DNA of 17,545 nucleotides from Octopus sinensis. Taxonomy: Eukaryota. Location: assembly GCF_006345805.1 (NCBI RefSeq), contig NW_021824893.1:1-17545 (forward strand). The letters are read 5' to 3'. This document shows, piece after piece, positions 10,800 to 17,545 of this stretch (position 1 is the stretch's first letter; every line of letters begins with the position of its first letter). The notes below the pieces were generated by a model, which worked only from the letters and a program-made list of their open reading frames with translations, searched no databases and was not told the DNA's origin. A program made the position numbers and the translations under genes.

Positions 10800-11336
10800 C
10801 TGTTGTACAATTACTCACCCATATTGGAGTACGGGATTCAAGCCTCTTCTCCTTATCTCCTCAAAGACATACAGCATCTCGAAAGAGTCCAGAAGCTGGC
10901 TACCCGCATGGTTCTTGGTCTCAAGCATTTGTCTTATGAAGAAAGGCTGAAGACACTCGACCTTTATTCTCTAGAAAAACGACGACGCCGTGGTGATCTC
11001 ATTCTTGCTCACAACATCATAAGCGAAAAGTGTAACCTCCCGAAAGAGCTGTTCTTCACTCCTGCTCCAGAACGTCGGCTGCGGGGTCACTCTGAAAAGC
11101 TCTATCTGCGACGATTTCATCTCAATCGAAGGAGAGAGGCTTTCTCCGTCCGGGTTGCGGATCCGTAGAATAAGCTGCCGGACGAGATAGTGAAGATGCC
11201 GACGACCGCTCGGTTCAAAGTCTCCCTTGACCACAAATTGCCTGAACTCTTTGCATGAACACCACTATGTACATAACTCCATGTCCCCCTACATGGCCTT
11301 GCTTTTTGCTTTTTGAGCCAAAACATTAACTTAACT
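10800..11336 (+). mobile_element. 5'-truncated CR1-clade LINE: ORF2 C-terminus, 3' UTR and tail
   Basis: PILEY...KDIQHLERVQKLATRMVLGLKHLSYEERLKTLDLYSLEKRRRRGDLI...RGHSEKL...FSVRV, then a TAG (11166-11168) where W is expected, then NKLP...FKVSLD to the stop at 11256-11258. 3' stem-loop ccatgt-ccccct-acatgg (11279-11296) and a (TTAAC) tail. Confidence 0.92.
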
Positions 11337-11593
11337 ATGTGTGAATGTGTACGTGTGTCTATGTATATGCATGCATGCGTACTTCAAAATATGTTGGAGG
11401 GTATATGTGTATTTCTACCCAGATACTGGTGAATGTCTTGTGCCACTGGTTGGTCATGAGAGAATTTTATGAGCAGAGACAAAAGGAAGCAGCACAGATT
11501 AGACCCAGTAATTGGATATTTAATCGAATCTAACAAATCCGTCCGTCATCTGCTGCCGTGGGTCCCGATTGACATCACAGGCGTCGCACGATA

Positions 11594-12188
11594 CCCTCCT
11601 CCACCTCTCTCACACTCTCTTCTTCTTCTTCTTCTTCTTCTTCTTCTTCTTCTTCTTCTTCTTCTTCTTCTTCGTCTCCTTCTTCTTCTTCTCCTTCTTC
11701 TTCTTCTCCTTCTTCTTCTTCTTCTTCTTCTCACTCTCTTTTTCTCTTTCGCTTCTCTCTTCTTTTCTCACTCTCCCCTTCATACTCTCCCCTTCTCACT
11801 TTCTTCTGTCTCCTTGTCCCTCTTTTTCTCTCTCCTCCCTCCTTCTCTCCTCCCTTTCCTCCCTTCTCTCCCCTCCTCTCTCCCCATTTCTCACCCTTCT
11901 CTCTCCCTCTCTCTCTCTCCCTCCTTCTATCCTCCCTTTCCTCCCTTCTCTCCCCTTCTCTCTCCCTCTCTCTCTCTTCTCCTTCTTCTTCTTCTTCTCA
12001 CTCTCCTCTCCCCTTCATACTCGCCTCTTCTCACTTTCTTCTCTCTCCTTGTCCCTCTTTTTCTCTCTCCTTCTCCCTCCTCTCTCTCCCTCCTTCTATC
12101 CTCCCTTTCCTCCCTTCTCTCCCCTTCTCTCTCCCCTTCTCTCTCCCCATTTCTCACCCTTCTCTCTCTCCCTCTCTCTCTCCCTCTC
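11594..12188. repeat. (CTT)n plus CT-rich polypyrimidine tract with internal duplications
   Basis: CTT run at about 11619-11730, then nearly pure pyrimidine sequence. Confidence 0.96.
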
Positions 12189-12231
12189 ATATAGTCGAAA
12201 TGTCCAACGGATTTCTCCTCAGTTTTACTGT

Positions 12232-12376
12232 GGAGTTTGGTCAAGTCGTTCAGAAGTTCGATTCGCAATTACGAGGTCTTGGGTTCTATTCCAATAGGTG
12301 GCAAATGTCTCCGGTCGATCGAAGCCCTTCTGAATGAAACTGCGTAGGCAACAGGTAATGTACAGACACCGATCGA
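12232..12376 (+). mobile_element. Highly degenerate tRNA-derived SINE relic
   Basis: A-box-like tggtcaagtcgtt and B-box-like gggttctattcc, followed by ggcaaatgtct...ggtcgatcgaagccctt, resembling a recalled octopus SINE. Confidence 0.4.
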
Positions 12377-12467
12377 GTGAAATGTATCCGTAATTTAGAT
12401 ATACGAGCTTAACACAGCCTCTGTTACAGCCTGCATCACTCTCTGTCGACCTCAGAATTATTCTAAA

Positions 12468-12875
12468 CTAGCAGCATAGCCCGGCGTTGCCCGGGTATGT
12501 AAGAGCCCCTAGTAGGCAACGACTAATCCCAATCTAGTTATTTCCCTCTAGGGAACGAAGGCGCATGTGTAGGTTGCAATGTCTTCTCTTCACTTGAATA
12601 CTTCTATGTATACGATGTTCCTAGCTGTCTCCCGACAGAAAATGTGTTGCATATAAAAAGCTTAGATTCTCGACCCCTTGTCGAATTTTTCAATTTTTTT
12701 CAGAACTGGGGGAACTTTTCAAACTTTACGCTGCGTCAGTTTTGAATTATGACATTGGGCTATGTGTGTGTCAAGTTTCATCAGAATCGGTTGAAAGCCG
12801 TAGTCAGGGTGAGGGTACAACCTGACAGCCACACAGACACACAGACAGACAAACTGCCGTTTATATATAGAGAGA
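12468..12875 (-). mobile_element. Non-autonomous Helitron-like element, copy 2
   Basis: Same termini as copy 1 (5' TC...CTAG 3', A|T target, hairpin CCCGGGCAACGCCGGG). 12665-12875 is near-identical to 3048-3254. Confidence 0.85.
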
Positions 12876-13048
12876 TATAGACATGCCTGCAGAATACTCG
12901 GCCACTTAGATGTTGATTCAAATGCAGATAATTCAGCTGAACGAACAAATGAATGCTCATTTTCGCAAACGATGAAGATCCTTCTCTTTACAACCACCAC
13001 ATAACAACAGTAGATTGTTCAACCGACAACGTAACCTATGACCAACCC

Positions 13049-13355
13049 TTATATAGCAACGATCCGATATTTAGAGGCCCTCAAGTGTTCAACTGTCAAC
13101 CAATGGACATCAGAACCATAAAAGGGGCTTCTGTCGGCACATCTAAGACATCATTGGATGAACTCCTAAGCAACCGAGTATACAATGTTTCACTCAAGGA
13201 AGACCAGCCGCCAATAACACCAACTTCCGGCCATAAAACCTCCAACAAAACTGAAAAGAAAAATTCAAATAAATATATAAAACATACGAGGCGAGGGTCC
13301 TGTTATGCTTGCGGCCCATACACTGAAACCCCTAAATGAATAAAAGTGAAGTGAG
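13049..13355 (+). mobile_element. Degenerate CR1/L2-group LINE ORF2 3' end
   Basis: Within ORF 12953-13339: FRGPQVFNCQPMDIRTIKGASVGTSKTSLDELLS...DQP resembles the LINE C-terminal motif F.GPxLFNxLPxxxR....FKxxLDxxL...PDxP. Short repetitive tail near 13341-13355. Confidence 0.55.
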
Positions 13356-13523
13356 CTGTGGTGGGCCTATTAATTATCTTGGCCAGATATGGGGGCGTCG
13401 TTTTATCTTATACTTGTTTTGTTGTTCCAAACTTATTTAAAATATTTAAAGGAAGTTAAATAAGTTAATTAACAATCGCTATATAATGTGTAATCCTACG
13501 TATTCTCACCTCCCTGTAGAGAA

Positions 13524-13573
13524 TGTGTGTACATGTGTATATATGTATGTAGGTTGTGTGTGTGTGTGTGTGT
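13524..13573. repeat. (TG)n/(TA)n tract
   Basis: TG run. Confidence 0.85.
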
Positions 13574-14208
13574 TTAAGTTCTTTGATGGCAGTTACTATC
13601 GCCATTTGAACTACTCTTTCATACAAAATGTGTTATTATTCCCTTTGGTGTGTTTGAAGTATTTCAGCATTAAGCACATTGTCATTTGAGATGTCACCTT
13701 CAGCAGCGAACTCCATACTTCTATTAATAGAGAGTATAGAACAAGAAAGATATTGTCATTTGTAATCACGTGGTGGAACATTCAATGCTAAGTAGTGAAC
13801 GTAGAGAGGTTATTAGAAGACAACGCGCACATAACACAGCCTGGCATTAAATGAAACCGGAAAGCTTTGCTGTTAACAATTGCTGACGTTTTGTCTTTGG
13901 GGCACAAATCTCAATTCAATGTATTAAAGATATTTCTAGAAGAAAGGACACAATGGAACAATGTTATTGTGAAATGTTTCGGCCATGTTTCTTCTCATCA
14001 ACGACAGCAATCGATTTCAAATTTTGTCCAACGTTTCTGTTGGTTGTCGCCCATAGGAGGGTACTTCATGGTATTGCTGTTGTTTCTGCTGTTGCTCATA
14101 GTAACGATTCAATTATGTTTATTAATTGTTGTTGTTGTTGTTGGTTTCTAGCTGCGTTTAGTGCCGCTAAATCAGAACAAAATTTTATTCTTTGCTGCTA
14201 CTGCTGCC

Positions 14209-14212
14209 GTAG

Positions 14213-14243
<31 letters not shown>

Positions 14244-14270
14244 GTTGTTGTTGCAGTTGCAGTTGCTGTT
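14209..14270. repeat. (GTT)n microsatellite
   Basis: GTT run; a shorter one lies at 14126-14142. Confidence 0.93.
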
Positions 14271-14643
14271 ACTGTTGAACGAACGGTCTTCGTCCCAGAG
14301 CTCGCAAGATGAGAGAAGTCCGAAACGCGGTCCTTTGCTATTCTATTCGTAAGACCCGCAGAAGAGAAAGCAGGTCAACCCCCGACGCCGAGAGCATCGA
14401 CGGATGGATGAATGCGCATCCAGGCTCAGCGGTTGCGTAGGAAGTCGGGTACAGGAAACAGGAAGAAAGATTGAGAAAAAGTTGGAGCGAAAAAGTACAA
14501 CAGGGGTCGCCACCACCCCCTGCCGGAGCCTAGTGGAGCTTTAGGTGTTTTCGCTCAATAAACACGCACAACGGTCTGGGAATCGAAAGTGCGATCCTCC
14601 GACCGCGAGTCCGCTGCCCTAACCATTGGGCCATTGCGCCTCC
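14271..14643 (-). mobile_element. Full-length tRNA-derived SINE, copy C (same head as A/B, different 3' half)
   Basis: 14448-14643 aligns with the 5' ~200 bp of copies A/B; 14271-14447 does not. TSD ttgcagttgctgtt at 14257-14270 and 14646-14659. Confidence 0.9.
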
Positions 14644-14845
14644 ACTTGCAGTTGCTGTTCTTGTCAATTTTGTTACTCCTCATGTCTGATCTACAGTCTA
14701 CAGTTTGTCGTGCAGCCTAGAAGTCTATTGCTCTAAATATGCTCTGATTTCTTCATGCTAACATCTTTTGCTGCGCACTCCAGCAGGCTGTAGTTACAGT
14801 TATGCGTCGAAACCTTACAATCTTGCCGACATGTGTTGTCTTGTC

Positions 14846-15060
14846 GTTGTCCAAATTGTGGATATGGTCATAGCAGAGCCAGACACTCAGGACCACACAA
14901 GTACCAGACCATTGCTGTTTCTTTGCAATTTTCATAGTCGGTAGCCATCCCAGAACTGTGCTTAACAATCAGAAAACTGTTGACTTCACCTCATTTCTGA
15001 GATTTTATTTTAGGAGAGTAAGTTTTTGGAATGTTCTCAGACTTCTGCACTATATTTTAT
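14846..15060 (-). repeat. Inverted repeat arm 2, within a possible decayed RTE-like RT fragment (about 14750-15125)
   Basis: Reverse complement of 10062-10278. Minus-strand frames give VVLSVWLCY and TIWTTTRQHMSARL*GFD, loosely like RTE VVLxxLLYxxETWT...RLxxF (weak). Confidence 0.9.
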
Positions 15061-15137
15061 TGTTGCTGTGCCTGAAGGTTTGCTCTCTCAGCAAAGCTTG
15101 GGAACTTTGGAGTCTTCTACGCCCAAAAAAATCATCC

Positions 15138-15181
<44 letters not shown>

Positions 15182-15251
15182 TGGCCGCGTATGTACCGTT
15201 AGCGTTTTTTTTTCCTCCGTCTTCCCTTCTCTGGATCTTTCCGTTTCCTAT

Positions 15252-15286
15252 GTTTCTGACGAAGAGCTCTGCTCGAAACGTTAAAC
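15252..15286 (+). ncRNA. Minimal type I hammerhead ribozyme motif, unit 1
   Basis: GUUU-CUGACGA-A-GAGC(UCU)GCUC-GAA-ACGU-U-AAAC: both conserved boxes, 4-bp stem II, palindromic ACGU stem III, stem I GUUU/AAAC. Confidence 0.7.
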
Positions 15287-15498
15287 CCTGCTTCTTCTCT
15301 TCTTTCCTGAGCGTCTAATATTACTATATTTGTTCCACGTCCTCGCGTTGTTGTGTTTTCTCTTTGTGTTTTCATGTTTGGATTAACTATATATATACAT
15401 ACATATAAATATATATATATTTCCAGTATGTTGACCTCGTGAGACCACTTGCATTTTTCCCCTCTGTCCTCCCACCTCGGGATCTTTATTTCTCCTAT

Positions 15499-15530
15499 GT
15501 TTCCGACGAAGAGCTCCGCTCGAAACGTCA
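15499..15530 (+). ncRNA. Minimal hammerhead ribozyme motif, unit 2 (core variant CCGACGA)
   Basis: GUUU-CCGACGA-A-GAGC(UCC)GCUC-GAA-ACGU-C: canonical GUC triplet, but a U-to-C core change and a degraded 3' arm of stem I. Confidence 0.55.
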
Positions 15531-15620
15531 TTCTTCCCTTTTTTCCTGAGCGTCTAATAATACTTTAATTGTTCCACTTTTTGCGTTGTTGTTTTTTTTG
15601 TTTTCTTGTTTGATTAACTT

Positions 15621-15662
<42 letters not shown>

Positions 15663-15731
15663 ATATATATTGATTGTGATGTTGAACTTATAAATGGTAT
15701 ATGACTATTTAATTTTTCCCACTAGGCCGCT

Positions 15732-15766
15732 GGTGGCAAAAAAATTCTACAAAATTTTTTGCCACC
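15732..15766. repeat. Short inverted repeat, possible Tc1/mariner MITE end
   Basis: 12-bp perfect stem ggtggcaaaaaa / ttttttgccacc; the right arm continues ctata. Confidence 0.6.
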
Positions 15767-16685
15767 CTATATTGATTAATTATATATATATATATATATA
15801 TAATGGTTGCCTTTATTTTTTGTATTCATCTTCCGTTGTATAAAAATCCTAGTAAAGATGTATGTGCAGCCTGCCATGATGCAAAATGCGCTGCTTTTTT
15901 AATCTTTATATTTTATCGTAGGTGTTATGGAGATATTAGAAGCCGAGGCAAGGTTGGTAGAACATGAGACGAATCAGATATTTTGTTTTTACACCTTTGC
16001 TCTTGCGTTTCATCTCTGATTGCCAAGTGTGGAAGATATGGCTATTTGCAGTATGTTTGTGTTCCATTAATTGTGTTACCTGTGTCTGTCATTAATGATG
16101 AGAAAGAGTTCTAATTACAGTATTATGTATTCTGTGTGTGTGTGTGTTTATAGTGTTGAAATTGATGTATGGCTTTGTTTCGTGTTCCCCGGCGATGATG
16201 ATACGAACAAAGGTGATGGATATGGCAGGTAACCCTTTAACTCTGTTGTCTTGGGTCTGCATTTATAGATTATTGATGTGAACTTTGAAGTGATATTCGT
16301 CTGGCTTCAAGGTGGGATAGATGAACATGAGAAAGGTGACAGACACATTATGGCAGGTAGACAAAAGGGGGATGAGAACACGGTGCAGGTAGCGGGTAGT
16401 AGCGAGATGGCTAACAGTGTCATGCAGGTCATGGTGGTTAGTTTGCAAGATTTGTCGTTCAGGAAATAAGTAGGAAATCGGTAGAACCTGTCGCCTCAGG
16501 TGTTACCTGAATTATCCTATACCACGATGTATTGCATTCATTGAAATGTTCACCATTCATATTATTTAGTTACGCTGGTATTCATTGTGAATGCGTCGAC
16601 TTTGACATTGGGGATGGTGTTATGTTGTTAACGAAAATGCTTAGCATGGCAGTTTTAAGGCAGTTTGTTTTAAGGCAGTGGTTTT

Positions 16686-16731
16686 GGTGGTAGTGGTAGT
16701 GGTGGTGGTGGTGGTGGTGGTGGTTTTGGTG
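16686..16731. repeat. (GGT)n microsatellite
   Basis: GGT/AGT run. Confidence 0.93.
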
Positions 16732-17094
16732 ATGGGTGAGAGGGTGGAGACGGTAGTGTTATTTTTGTGATGGTAAAGTCAGTGGTGATAGAATTGTTAA
16801 AAGCAGTTGACGCTTTTACTGAGAAAGCCTATGAAAAATTCATTCCAAATATGACCATCCCTTCTTCTAGCATCACTACGTAGTTTTTTAGTGTCTCATT
16901 TCATAAACTTGTGTGATTTGAGAATGGTGTGGCTGTTATTTCTAGCAGATCAAACATGTGTGATGCCTTATTATTTCTGTAGTTAATAGTAATGAAAGGA
17001 AATCCATATTTTAGATTGAAAGGCTGCCTTAGGAAGGAATGGAAGAAAATTAGGGTCTTGACCCTTTCTTTATCTATCAATATAAGTGTGTGTG

Positions 17095-17228
17095 CGTATT
17101 TATACATACATACATACATATACATAATGGTATGTATAATATATATTTATGTTTGTGTATTATGTATGTATTTATATATGTGTGTATATATATATATAGT
17201 TGTATATATATATTATGTGTATATATTA

Positions 17229-17291
<63 letters not shown>

Positions 17292-17321
17292 ATATATTTA
17301 TACATATATATATATATGTAT
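17095..17321. repeat. (TA)n / (TACA)n tract
   Basis: Long TA-rich run. Confidence 0.96.
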
Positions 17322-17437
17322 GAAACGAGGCGGTTGCAATTAAATATATCCAGTGCTCTATGATATGGAAAATGGGAAAATGTAGGAGTCGATGCAGTTA
17401 TTTCCGTTATCTCTCTATATACATCTTCGGTGATTTT

Positions 17438-17545
17438 CCTCTCCCTCTCCCCTTTCTCTCTCTTTCCCTTTCTCTCTCTCTCCTTCTTTTACTTTCCTTC
17501 TCTCTTTCGATTTTAAACTTTATTTCCTTCTCTCTTTGCTTTCTC
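17438..17545. repeat. CT-rich polypyrimidine tract running off the window end
   Basis: Low-complexity CT/CTT sequence. Confidence 0.85.

Larger units (their letters stand above)
15178..15670 (+). mobile_element. Two tandem ~247-bp units (Penelope-like terminal repeat / retrozyme-like), each followed by (TA)n
   Basis: Units at about 15178-15389 and 15428-15620 share ggatcttt, cctatgtttc(t/c)gacgaagagctc(t/c)gctcgaaacgt, tttcctgagcgtctaata, ttgttccac, gcgttgttgt and gattaact. Confidence 0.8.

Noticed and set aside
10785-11168. 127-aa ORF as a host gene
   Set aside because: It is a 5'-truncated CR1 ORF2 fragment with an incidental ATG and a premature stop.
11469-12297. Leu/Ser/Phe-rich membrane-protein-like ORFs
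   Set aside because: Translations of the polypyrimidine tract.
1-17545. CRISPR array or prokaryotic operon/defence system
   Set aside because: No regularly spaced repeat-spacer structure and no gene-dense coding; the architecture is that of an animal genome.

Overview
AT-rich, repeat-saturated eukaryotic DNA, most likely intronic or intergenic. The repeat families look like those of octopus (coleoid cephalopod) genomes; this is inferred from remembered motifs, not a database search. I find no intact host gene, tRNA, rRNA or CRISPR array, and most long ORFs in the track are microsatellite artefacts. Contents: three full-length tRNA-derived SINEs with target-site duplications (two form a ~96% identical inverted pair, the third has the same head but a different 3' half); several older SINE relics, one apparently circularly permuted; two non-autonomous Helitrons with shared ends and different middles; a mariner MITE; 3' fragments of RTE and CR1-type LINEs; a ~217-bp inverted duplication inserted into an old SINE; and very long (GTG/GTC)n, (GAA)n, (CT)n and (TA)n arrays. 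The most notable element is a ~247-bp tandem repeat in which each unit carries a minimal hammerhead-ribozyme motif (Penelope-like/retrozyme type) that could probably fold only as a dimer. Identities and difference counts were made by eye.
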